Source: an uncultured virus (IMG/VR IMGVR_UViG_3300027782_000067)
Lineage: Duplodnaviria > Heunggongvirae > Uroviricota > Caudoviricetes
Virus record (IMG/VR): IMGVR_UViG_3300027782_000067
Strand: one strand, 5' to 3'
Length of the DNA stretch: 64,000 nt
The translations under genes were made by a program, and so were the position numbers. How positions within the stretch are numbered: position 1 is the stretch's first letter; each line of letters opens with the position of its first letter. The notes beneath the pieces are model-generated. The model made no database searches and was not told the origin of the DNA. It was given only the letters and a program-made list of their open reading frames with translations. Of this stretch, positions 21,140-29,787 are shown in pieces.

Positions 21140-21745
21140 CTATTTAAGTGCAGACCAGATCCCCAAAAGATTATTAGTTACAAACAAATCACAAATTACA
21201 TTTTTAGAATATGCTCCAACACCTCTTGCTGCTTTAGTTTGTTGATCCGCATAAGGTTGACAGTAAGTTTTAACTCTTTCTATACTATGATCAATCATTT
21301 GAGATGCAATATCAGTCTCGTAATCATCAAACAATACATTCCAAGGTGTGTCCTTGTTTCCTAATTTATACCACTGCCTTAAAAATTCATTTTGATCAAT
21401 CAAACCGTATGTTTTCCATTCGTTTGCAACTTCTTGAGCCAACTTGGCACCACTTCCAGTAATATCTAATCCTGATATAGCATTTAAAAGTTTGTATGCC
21501 GCCTTTTTTGTTTTAACCGCATCACCCGCAGGCCATGATGTCTGAGCCTTATTATTCAACCAAACTTCTGTTCCTCTTAAAGTTATTAACCAATAACCAC
21601 CACCATACCCATATGCTGGTTCAAAAATACTTTTTTCGTCAATAGAATAATAATCATCAGCATTAACATTTTTTTGTTCCTCTCTAATAATTTTTTTAAC
21701 CAATCTTGTTAAATCTCTTTCTGTTAATCTTACAATTCTTGCCAT
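21140..21745 (-). CDS. leader-B hypothetical protein
   Basis: MARIVRLTERDL. Confidence 0.7.
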   Translation of the reverse strand: MARIVRLTERDLTRLVKKIIREEQKNVNADDYYSIDEKSIFEPAYGYGGGYWLITLRGTEVWLNNKAQTSWPAGDAVKTKKAAYKLLNAISGLDITGSGAKLAQEVANEWKTYGLIDQNEFLRQWYKLGNKDTPWNVLFDDYETDIASQMIDHSIERVKTYCQPYADQQTKAARGVGAYSKNVICDLFVTNNLLGIWSALK

Positions 21746-21822
21746 AATATTTTAATTTATTAATAAATACTTCTATTTTCAAAAAAAACCCACTGATGAG
21801 GTGGGGTAGTATTAATAATTAT

Positions 21823-22146
21823 TTATTGACACTTACTGTGAAAAAGAGTTCTAATGTAGTTACCGTAGTTTTCCTCAACAAGTTTATTTAAAAAATGAAA
21901 ACCATCTAATGATTTATTTTTTTCGGGATGAAAGAAATCCCAGTTATTACTAATAAATTCCCCAACAGAAAACTCAGATACCTCCTTAAAAAAACTATCG
22001 GCACTCTTATATTCTTTACACCAATAATTATTTAAAATAGGATTTTCGTTTATTTTAAATAAATTAATTTGTTTCTCAACAATATCATTTAATTGTTGTA
22101 TTCTTCTAAGGATATAATTTTGACTTTCAGTTATAATGATCTTCAT
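21823..22146 (-). CDS. leader-A small protein
   Basis: MKIIITESQ; LNKLVEENYGNYIR. Confidence 0.7.
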   Translation of the reverse strand: MKIIITESQNYILRRIQQLNDIVEKQINLFKINENPILNNYWCKEYKSADSFFKEVSEFSVGEFISNNWDFFHPEKNKSLDGFHFLNKLVEENYGNYIRTLFHSKCQ

Positions 22147-22157
22147 ACAATAATAAA

Positions 22158-22523
22158 TTAATATTGGGGGGAATCGTAAGGACCTTCGTAAGGTTTCTCA
22201 TCACCATAATGATTTTTAAAAAATTCTTTCAGTCTTGACTCATATCTTGAATCCATAAATCTTTCAATTTGTTCAGAGAATTCGTACCAAGTTTGATCCT
22301 CCCAACATTTTTCCACACCATAACGTTCTTCAAGTCGGTCATATGCAAAATTAATTACCATATCATGAAAAAGTTCCATAGAATGATGAACTGAGACAAA
22401 TTCATCCATAGCCTCATTAACAATATTATCAAGATCATCAAGATCTATCCTTCTCTTAATACAGTTAGATAAATAAGAATAATCCAATGATTTTTTTTGA
22501 CTTTCAGTTATAATGATCTTCAT
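22158..22523 (-). CDS. leader-A small acidic protein
   Basis: MKIIITESQ; IKRRI. Confidence 0.7.
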   Translation of the reverse strand: MKIIITESQKKSLDYSYLSNCIKRRIDLDDLDNIVNEAMDEFVSVHHSMELFHDMVINFAYDRLEERYGVEKCWEDQTWYEFSEQIERFMDSRYESRLKEFFKNHYGDEKPYEGPYDSPQY

Positions 22524-22861
22524 AGGTATTTGTAATATCTAGGGTTTAATCTTCTTGCGATAATACTTTTTAAACTTCTTGGTATTTCACTTAAAGGTAT
22601 TGTAAATTGGTCCATTACATATTGAGGTACTTGTTCAGAATCCCAATACGGAACTAATTCGTTAAATTCTTCTGTGTATAATTGGATAAATACGTTCTTA
22701 GTGTCAAAATGTATCTCAACAACATAAGCCTCATCATCGGGGTTATATAATTTAATCCCTAATTCATTAAGTATATTATCAGGTACTCTATACCAAACAT
22801 TTGTATCCGTTAAAGATTCCATTAATACTCTCCTAACGATTTTTTTTAAGTTGTGATTCAT
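22520..22861 (-). CDS. leader-D-like hypothetical protein
   Basis: LKKIVRRVLMES. Confidence 0.65.
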   Translation of the reverse strand: MNHNLKKIVRRVLMESLTDTNVWYRVPDNILNELGIKLYNPDDEAYVVEIHFDTKNVFIQLYTEEFNELVPYWDSEQVPQYVMDQFTIPLSEIPRSLKSIIARRLNPRYYKYL

Positions 22862-22907
22862 ATACCAATAAATATACGTTAAATAAAAAACCCCACCTGA
22901 AGGAAGT

Positions 22908-23096
22908 TTAAAGTTTAAAGTCTTGTTTTTCTATTGTTATAATAGAACCTATCTCAATTAATCGAATTACTTCTAAAGCAAATCCTTTTGCATTAGTATC
23001 TAAATCGTAAATGAAATTTCCTGGGTCTTCCCCATATTGAATACTCGCAATAACACTTTTTGTGTAGTGTGTGATCGTTACTTGCATTGGTTTCAT
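22908..23096 (-). CDS. hypothetical protein
   Basis: 62-aa ORF, co-oriented. Confidence 0.5.
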   Translation of the reverse strand: MKPMQVTITHYTKSVIASIQYGEDPGNFIYDLDTNAKGFALEVIRLIEIGSIITIEKQDFKL

Positions 23097-23153
23097 AGTT
23101 TTTGTTTTTAAGGATTAAAAATATGTGAGTATAAAGTCTCACCCCTTGTTTTA

Positions 23154-23486
23154 TTAATAACTTCCTTCGCCATTAAATATTCCAAATAAACTTGTTATTT
23201 CTGTCGGTGGTATCGGACAATTATATTTTTTCATCAGTTGTAGGTATTCTGCAACTGCTGAATCATTTGCTCGACCTTTTCCGTGTCCCCCACAACCACA
23301 AGTTACCGAAGCGTTCATATACCAACTAACAAGTTGTACTTTGCTTACCTTCAACCAATGTCCGTAAGGTGTCATTTCGTGAGGTGTTCCCTGCAACACT
23401 TCTAACCGTTCAATTAAAGGTAAAGCAGAAAGAATTTCATTTGCTCTTTTGTAACCCATTTTTTTCCAATCTTCAATTTTTTTCAT
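23154..23486 (-). CDS. hypothetical protein under host-type promoter
   Basis: TACCTTTG upstream (23519-23526). Confidence 0.6.
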   Translation of the reverse strand: MKKIEDWKKMGYKRANEILSALPLIERLEVLQGTPHEMTPYGHWLKVSKVQLVSWYMNASVTCGCGGHGKGRANDSAVAEYLQLMKKYNCPIPPTEITSLFGIFNGEGSY

Positions 23487-23587
23487 AGTTTTAAATTGTT
23501 TAAATGATTAATATAAAACAAAGGTACAAATAAAAAACCATATAACCTAATTAAATAAAAAACCCCCACTTGAAGGTGGGGGTCAGA

Positions 23588-23932
23588 TTAACAATCTTTT
23601 GTTTTTTCATTATAGTAGTTTATGATCTTTTCACCATGTTCATCCATTAATATTTTAATAAACTTGTTATATCCAATATCAGAATAAATAAATATAAATA
23701 TATTATCAAAGTTGAAACGGTATTGATGACAAATTTCCTCAACAATACCCTTCATAAATTTTTTTAATGTGGGAAAGGTATGACAAAAGTCAATGTAGTC
23801 GTCTTGGTCCATGGGTCCCCAAAAATCATTACTAATATCAACCATTTCTGATACATCACCAATAATATCGTTTAACCTTCTTTTTAATCCAATAAGTTTA
23901 TCGTACTGTTCCTCCGTTATAATGATCTTCAT
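23588..23932 (-). CDS. leader-A small protein
   Basis: MKIIITEEQ. Confidence 0.7.
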   Translation of the reverse strand: MKIIITEEQYDKLIGLKRRLNDIIGDVSEMVDISNDFWGPMDQDDYIDFCHTFPTLKKFMKGIVEEICHQYRFNFDNIFIFIYSDIGYNKFIKILMDEHGEKIINYYNEKTKDC

Positions 23933-23985
23933 AATGATAAATATACCCCCGTTTAATATAGGGGGGAATAGATCTAATTTTTTCC

Positions 23986-24011
23986 CAAAAATTTTTCCAG
24001 AATTTTTTTTA
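23986..24011 (+). repeat. 26-bp direct repeat, copy 1
   Basis: caaaaatttttccagaatttttttta. Confidence 0.85.
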
Positions 24012-24025
24012 AATATATAAGGGTA

Positions 24026-24730
24026 TTATAATTCCATAATCCAATTAGGGTTCTCAAGTACTCTTTTTAAAACATCAGTAGTTTTCATAGGTTTAACATC
24101 TGATAGAGTATTATTATTATTTAAGATCTTTTTAATTTTTTGTACCGTTGAGGATGATTTTCCCGTAAGTGACATAATAGATCTAACTGAAACCCCAATC
24201 TGTAATAATTTAACAACATCATCATGTTTTAATAAAAGGTCCATCTCTGTAAATCTGAAACCAACTTTTCTTCCAACCTTACCCCCATTTGTTCTATAAG
24301 AGTTATAACCCCTCTCAAACCTACTTCTTATTTTTAATACTTCTCTATTGGCAAAATCAATTTCACTATAGATTATAGTTAAACAATTTTGGTTTATATT
24401 ATTATTAATGAGGGACTCAAGTTTTAAGTCTGAAAAATAAATGGAAGTTCCAACTTCATATAAAGTAGATATCAATTCTTTTAATTGTTCCTTATCTCTA
24501 CTAAGTCTTGATAATTCAGTTACCAATACTTTATCCACTTTATTATTTAAACAAAAATCAATAAGATCAGAAAGACCCTCCCTTTCAGATACCAACCCAC
24601 TTATACCATAATCCTTAAATGACTTTAATATGTCCCAATCATTATCATCACAAATTTTAACCAACGATAATAGTTGTTCATTTATGTTTTGTTTTTTGGT
24701 TGATGTTCTAGAATACAATACTACCTTCAT
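24026..24730 (-). CDS. small serine recombinase (resolvase/invertase family)
   Basis: YSRTST catalytic motif, GISG..REGL, ELSRLSR, G..VGRK, C-terminal HTH. Confidence 0.9.
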   Translation of the reverse strand: MKVVLYSRTSTKKQNINEQLLSLVKICDDNDWDILKSFKDYGISGLVSEREGLSDLIDFCLNNKVDKVLVTELSRLSRDKEQLKELISTLYEVGTSIYFSDLKLESLINNNINQNCLTIIYSEIDFANREVLKIRSRFERGYNSYRTNGGKVGRKVGFRFTEMDLLLKHDDVVKLLQIGVSVRSIMSLTGKSSSTVQKIKKILNNNNTLSDVKPMKTTDVLKRVLENPNWIMEL

Positions 24731-24763
24731 AAATCAAAGTATAAACTAATTTTGGGGTTTTGT

Positions 24764-24789
24764 CAAAAATTTTTCCAGAATTTTTTTTA
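24764..24789 (+). repeat. 26-bp direct repeat, copy 2
   Basis: identical to 23986-24011. Confidence 0.85.
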
Positions 24790-24845
24790 CAAATACTTTA
24801 TTTAAGGGATCACCCCCACTATTTGACTGTCAAAATGACATATAT

Positions 24846-24901
24846 GGGGGGCATACGGGAGGGGGGAGGGGGTACTACCCATATAGGGGAGGGGTAAAGG
24901 G
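24846..24901 (+). other. G-run tract (G-quadruplex-capable)
   Basis: seven runs of 3-6 G within 56 nt in an AT-rich sequence. Confidence 0.7.
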
Positions 24902-24922
24902 ACCATACCCCCAAGGTATAGA

Positions 24923-25348
24923 TCAATTATTATAGTATGGTTCAAACCTACTAAGGTGTATGGCCATATTCATTACAGGGTGTTCTCTTTTGATTGCCAT
25001 GTTATCTGGTACGAGACTATAACACTCACTTAAATATTCTTCAAGTGGATCATTAAAGTTCCATGAAAACATTTCAGAGTATTCTTCCTTAAAGAATGGA
25101 AATAGATATGGTGACGATGTGGACATGGGTCTCCTCTCTGCCTGTTCAACATTATATTGTTCTTCTATCTTTTCTATATCAACAACAAGAGAAACAATAA
25201 AGAGTGAGGAATAAAGATCTAATGGTTTATCTATCTTGATCTCTTTAATGAAGGGATACTTTTTTATTGCCAACAGATATAACATTCTCCATCCCATCTT
25301 TTGCTTGGGGGTCATCTGATCAACATAGTTCTCGTAATAATATTCCAT
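24923..25348 (-). CDS. hypothetical protein
   Basis: 141-aa ORF; TATTTAT upstream. Confidence 0.65.
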   Translation of the reverse strand: MEYYYENYVDQMTPKQKMGWRMLYLLAIKKYPFIKEIKIDKPLDLYSSLFIVSLVVDIEKIEEQYNVEQAERRPMSTSSPYLFPFFKEEYSEMFSWNFNDPLEEYLSECYSLVPDNMAIKREHPVMNMAIHLSRFEPYYNN

Positions 25349-25373
25349 TATTAATAAATATATCGATATAATA

Positions 25374-25405
25374 TTTGTGTATGTAAATTATTATCCATAT
25401 CTTTG
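25374..25405 (+). promoter_or_regulatory. Bacteroidota-type promoter preceding a GC-rich hairpin
   Basis: TTTG-N20-TATCTTTG. Confidence 0.65.
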
Positions 25406-25586
25406 TATTGACAATGAGGGATCATTTAAGTCGGGCTGGCAGTCTTGGGGGTGTTTGGAGTGTAGACTCCACCCTGCTTTATTAAAAAAAATAAAACCCC
25501 CATGGGCAAAGTTACGGTAAATGAATCTAATTACCGTAACAAAGTTTATACTTGTCTTTGTCATTTATTATTACTATCTTTGTAAT

Positions 25587-25655
25587 ATGAAATTAATATT
25601 CTTATTATTTATAATATACATATTAGGTGTATGTTATTTGTTTACTAAAGTTTAA
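25587..25655 (+). CDS. 22-aa hydrophobic peptide
   Basis: MKLIFLLFIIYILGVCYLFTKV; TATCTTTG 4 nt upstream. Confidence 0.45.
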   Translation: MKLIFLLFIIYILGVCYLFTKV

Positions 25656-25658
25656 ATT

Positions 25659-25802
25659 ATGAAATATCTACTTGAAATTATTATAGTGATCCTTACAATA
25701 GTGTTTGGTGTGTCTCTGTTTAGTTGGACACATAATTTTACCCCCTCGGTTATTGATGTTAAAGAAATTGAAGTGGTAACTAAAAAGGAGGAGGAGTTAT
25801 GA
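25659..25802 (+). CDS. 47-aa single-TM protein
   Basis: MKYLLEIIIVILTIVFGVSLFSW...; ATGA overlap with next ORF. Confidence 0.5.
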   Translation: MKYLLEIIIVILTIVFGVSLFSWTHNFTPSVIDVKEIEVVTKKEEEL

Positions 25803-25966
25803 CAATACTTTTTTTCATTGGAATCCTATCACTTGTGGTTGTACTACTAATAGGTCTACTGTCTGTAGTCTCCGCCATATCCATTAACTATTTCCCCCAA
25901 TCTAAATTTAATAAGTGGATCCTTAAACATATTATTACCACTGAAGATCTGGATCCCCCAAGTTAG
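25799..25966 (+). CDS. 55-aa single-TM protein
   Basis: MTILFFIGILSLVVVLLIGLLSVV... Confidence 0.5.
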   Translation: MTILFFIGILSLVVVLLIGLLSVVSAISINYFPQSKFNKWILKHIITTEDLDPPS

Positions 25967-26252
25967 ATATCACATTAATATATGAATCATCCCTGATCAA
26001 CTTGTTGATCACCGTCAGATCCTCACTACATAGTGGGGATTTTTTATGTATGTACTCTATTACATCCCCCATGTCAGAACTTGTCATGATCACTACTCTC
26101 TGTCTTATCGGTTTGTTTACTCCACTAAGGATCTTCTCATTGTATATACATACCCCTGAGAAGTGGGGGAAAGTGGGATGTTCGTATATCACACTTATGG
26201 AACCATTATTATTCTCTACTCTACTTTTGAATTCTTTGAATATCTCTATCAT
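25935..26252 (-). CDS. hypothetical protein
   Basis: 105-aa ORF; TATTTAT upstream. Confidence 0.5.
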   Translation of the reverse strand: MIEIFKEFKSRVENNNGSISVIYEHPTFPHFSGVCIYNEKILSGVNKPIRQRVVIMTSSDMGDVIEYIHKKSPLCSEDLTVINKLIRDDSYINVISNLGDPDLQW

Positions 26253-26339
26253 CAGGGGGGTTTTTGTTAATAAATATATGTTAATTTATTTGATTATGTC
26301 AAAATGTCAGTCTCACTTTGAAGATGGGATAATCGCCTG

Positions 26340-27200
26340 ACAGGGATTTATTGTTACCCCTCCGTTTATTTTCCCCCACTTTCTACCACCGATATGGTCC
26401 TCTTGGTATAGTGAGAGTAAAAAAAACCCCTCTGTTAGTACCTACAGGACCACTTTTTACTATGTATCAAAAATCCAGATAATTATACTAGGTTATGGTA
26501 CATAGTGCGGGGACAGTCCTTTAGGACGTTAGTAGATCACTTATAGATAACTAAATAGATAATTAAATAGATAACTTCAACGATCCCTTTAGGGTTTCCT
26601 CCAACCTTTTGACACCTTAATAATAGACATACTTTTCAAACAAGTAAATTACTTACCACACATATAATTAAGATGAGGTTTACCTCACCATAACATATAT
26701 AACATAAGTAACAAAATGATCTACCATACTGTTCACTAACCGTTCACGTTACGTAAACATTCTCTTATTGTGAACAACCTCATCAGATAACTAAATGTTT
26801 ACCACAATGTCTGTCTTTCACTGGGGGTGAGGTCGAAGACCGATTAAATGGGGGGGATTATATGGTTTACTGTAAACAACAGAGTGTCATCAGTGAGGCT
26901 CTGTCATTAGGTAAACTTTCTATACATAAGAACCTCATCATGTAAACCAATTATACATTATAAACTTATATCGTTATAGTTGTTTACACTAACCTGTTTA
27001 CTGTAAACTACAATATAGATAAACGTAAAATTTCCGGATAGGTTTACATTACGATAAAGGATGTATCCCATTAATTACCACATATCCTTTATGGAGATGT
27101 AAGAGTGTATGATAAAATTATGAATGAAATCCTCAGTGAGTTTACGAACGGGAGGATAGAGTGAATGATTTGATCGTATACTCTTATCCCTATAAACAAA
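26340..27200. other. long non-coding region with short repeats (candidate origin or terminus/control region)
   Basis: no ORF of 60 aa or more; about 12 GTTTAC/GTAAAC hexamers; tandem TAGATAA(C/T)TAAA. Confidence 0.5.
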
Positions 27201-27322
27201 AAACCCCCACTATTATGTGAGGGATCTTATTCTAATTTTTACTTGGTATAATCATTGGTATTCCTTGAATTGTGTATGTTGCATCAAAGAAAACCCATCC
27301 ACTTATAGTTCTTACCCACATC

Positions 27323-27685
27323 TTATTCTGATTTAAAGGTTTTGTTATAGTAATTTTCTCCATCTCCATCAACATATAATAATTTTACAACTTCATCACC
27401 ATTTATAATGGATATAGTTGGATATTCATCATCAGGTACTGGATGTGTGGGTTTAATTTCAATGTGATATTCCCAACATAATGCATATAACTTGTCAAGG
27501 AATTCATCCATTTCTTCTTTCATGTTATTCTGATTTGATTTCTCTCTCATTTCATCTAAATCAGCAGCAACCTTTTCTTTATTTTCTAACAGGTATTCTC
27601 TTAAGGCTACTTTAGCTTTTCCAAATTCTGAATCTAAATCTTCATCAAATTCTTTATTTAGCTTATCCCATTTAGTTTGTTTCAT
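27323..27685 (-). CDS. MKQT-family protein
   Basis: MKQT start; YYNKTFKSE end. Confidence 0.65.
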   Translation of the reverse strand: MKQTKWDKLNKEFDEDLDSEFGKAKVALREYLLENKEKVAADLDEMREKSNQNNMKEEMDEFLDKLYALCWEYHIEIKPTHPVPDDEYPTISIINGDEVVKLLYVDGDGENYYNKTFKSE

Positions 27686-27694
27686 TGTTCTGAT

Positions 27695-28051
27695 TTAAAG
27701 TTTAATTATTTCTCTTACAAGGAACTGGATCAGATAAGCATACACCTCTTCTGTCTCAAACCCTGGTTGTACTCCTATTTTATTAAGAACAGCATATGCT
27801 GCATGATATGCTTCATGAGCTACCAAACCAAGTGTATCAGGTTCCTTTTTAATTTTACCTCTAAACCTAACTATTATAAAACCATCACTATGTGTCACAG
27901 TTCTAGCATCTGACTTCCAATCATCAAATGCTAGATCAAATTGTTCTCTTGTAAATCTATGACATAGGCGGTCATATAACTTATCATCAGATTGGTTGAT
28001 GGATACTAATACATCAGTAGAAAACACATCAACAGGTATTATTTTAAACAT
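27695..28051 (-). CDS. HExxH metallopeptidase-like protein
   Basis: VAHEAYH...EEVYAY; start moved to MFKII. Confidence 0.6.
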   Translation of the reverse strand: MFKIIPVDVFSTDVLVSINQSDDKLYDRLCHRFTREQFDLAFDDWKSDARTVTHSDGFIIVRFRGKIKKEPDTLGLVAHEAYHAAYAVLNKIGVQPGFETEEVYAYLIQFLVREIIKL

Positions 28052-28052
28052 T

Positions 28053-28259
28053 TTATTCTGATTTAAAGGTTTCATTGTAGTATTCATCTGCTGTGCAATA
28101 TGTAGTTATTTTACCACGTGCATCTCCAAAGTTTACTGCCTCAATTATTTGATCCTTCTCCATTTCTTTGGCTTGTTCAACAATTTCTTTTGGTATATAA
28201 TTTGGAGCTATGTTTGATTGAACTACATATACTAACCATTCTACTGCTGTTTGTTTCAT
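28053..28259 (-). CDS. MKQTAVEWL-family small protein
   Basis: MKQTAVEWL...AKEMEKDQI...EYYNETFKSE. Confidence 0.75.
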   Translation of the reverse strand: MKQTAVEWLVYVVQSNIAPNYIPKEIVEQAKEMEKDQIIEAVNFGDARGKITTYCTADEYYNETFKSE

Positions 28260-28471
28260 TGTTCTGAGTTTTTAAAGGTTTCGTTGTAGTATTCATCACC
28301 TGTCTTAAAATCATCGCATTGTGTGCATATTTTTGATGAAACAAAATCATAACAATATGTTATCTGCTCCTTCTCCATTTCTTTGGCTTTTTCAATATGA
28401 TAATATTGTTCTGCTGTTAATACTTTTGGCATTAGTTGTTCAACTAACCACTCTACTGCTGTCTGTTTCAT
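28256..28471 (-). CDS. MKQTAVEWL-family small protein
   Basis: MKQTAVEWL...AKEMEKEQI...EYYNETFK. Confidence 0.75.
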   Translation of the reverse strand: MKQTAVEWLVEQLMPKVLTAEQYYHIEKAKEMEKEQITYCYDFVSSKICTQCDDFKTGDEYYNETFKNSEQ

Positions 28472-28626
28472 TGTTCTTGTTGTTTAGTTATTCCGTTTTT
28501 AATTAGTTCTTGTTTCAGTAAATATCTCAAACATTCTTCTTTGCTACCTTGAAAGTGGACACTTGATTCATCTTCACTTACTACTTGGTAAACATCATTA
28601 CTTGGATAAAGGCTAACTATCTTCAT
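28468..28626 (-). CDS. 52-aa protein (not in ORF track)
   Basis: MKIVSLYPSNDVYQVV...KQQEQ*; ATGA overlap. Confidence 0.55.
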   Translation of the reverse strand: MKIVSLYPSNDVYQVVSEDESSVHFQGSKEECLRYLLKQELIKNGITKQQEQ

Positions 28627-28746
28627 TGTTCTTGTTGTTTTTTTTTGTAAAGTTAAGTATTAAAATTTATAAAGACAATAGTAAAATAAAAAATGGGTGT
28701 AAATACCTTTTAAAATTAGAATAAGTACTAATAAAAACCCCCACTA

Positions 28747-29223
28747 TTATTTTAGATAATCATTTAATTTAAATCTTTCTATAATTTGTTTATATATTTG
28801 TGTTCTATATCTTACACCTAATTTATTTTTGTTTTCGATCCACCAATAACCAAATCCACTATCACCACTTGTACCGATTACTCCCCACATTTTTTGTCCA
28901 TTCACAGAGTGAGGATATATATGAGCCGTAAATTTATAACTAATATAATTCTTGGATCCGTATGAAAAATCACCTAATTTTTTTGTGTTCTTTGCTACTA
29001 ATCTATCGTCCTCAAAATTATGCATTTTAACAATTAAATCGTCAATATAAAGAGTCATTTTATCATCAGACAACTTATATGGTAATAAATTTGATTTCTT
29101 ATAGAAATTACTTATATCCCCATTGTACATTATCTTAACATATCTATCTATATTACCGACCGCTTTAATTGCACTATCGACCCCATATTTTTTGGAGATC
29201 TCACTTAATTTATTCTGTATCAT
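28747..29223 (-). CDS. hypothetical protein with shared VG(G/N/S) helical module
   Basis: AIKAVGNIDRYVKI; start moved to MIQNK. Confidence 0.6.
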   Translation of the reverse strand: MIQNKLSEISKKYGVDSAIKAVGNIDRYVKIMYNGDISNFYKKSNLLPYKLSDDKMTLYIDDLIVKMHNFEDDRLVAKNTKKLGDFSYGSKNYISYKFTAHIYPHSVNGQKMWGVIGTSGDSGFGYWWIENKNKLGVRYRTQIYKQIIERFKLNDYLK

Positions 29224-29720
29224 ATTGTATTTGATTTTAATAAATTCTCTTCTGCCCATAGTGGTTGAAGATTACTATAGTGACATAACTTTACAACCTC
29301 ATCTTCTGTCTTACCTGATGATATTGGAATGATATGATCTATGTGCCACTCTCCATGATTATTCCATGTCATCCCCTCTTTAAATAAAGATTCCATATGT
29401 GATTTAACCACCGACCAATCCGTTCCTAATATTATATGTGCTCTTGATTTCTTTGTGTATCCGTTTCTTTTAAAACTCTTTCTTACACACTGTCTCATGA
29501 TCTGAATGAATCCCGTCATAGGATCCTCATTCTCTTTTTTTCTTTTTCTATCTACATCATATGATTTCCACCACGAATTAAACACAGGATCATTTTGTCT
29601 CCTTAGTTTATTCTTCTGATACCTATTCTTATTCTCACAGGTCTTACATTGTTTCCTACCTCTATATTCAGAGATTGGTTTTACTGTTGTACAAGTATTA
29701 CAAACTTTTTCTTTTTCCAT
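29220..29720 (-). CDS. HNH endonuclease with N-terminal zinc ribbon (homing-endonuclease-like)
   Basis: CxxC..CxxC; WHIDHIIP...CHYSNLQPLW..ENLLKSN. Confidence 0.8.
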   Translation of the reverse strand: MEKEKVCNTCTTVKPISEYRGRKQCKTCENKNRYQKNKLRRQNDPVFNSWWKSYDVDRKRKKENEDPMTGFIQIMRQCVRKSFKRNGYTKKSRAHIILGTDWSVVKSHMESLFKEGMTWNNHGEWHIDHIIPISSGKTEDEVVKLCHYSNLQPLWAEENLLKSNTI

Positions 29721-29724
29721 ACCA

Positions 29725-29755
29725 CAAAGATAATCATATTATTTGAACTGCCAAA
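29725..29755 (-). promoter_or_regulatory. Bacteroidota-type promoter of the HNH gene
   Basis: TTTG-N19-TATCTTTG, 4 nt before ATG. Confidence 0.75.
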
Positions 29756-29787
29756 CTTTTATTATTATTTTATTCGATAGAGTTATA

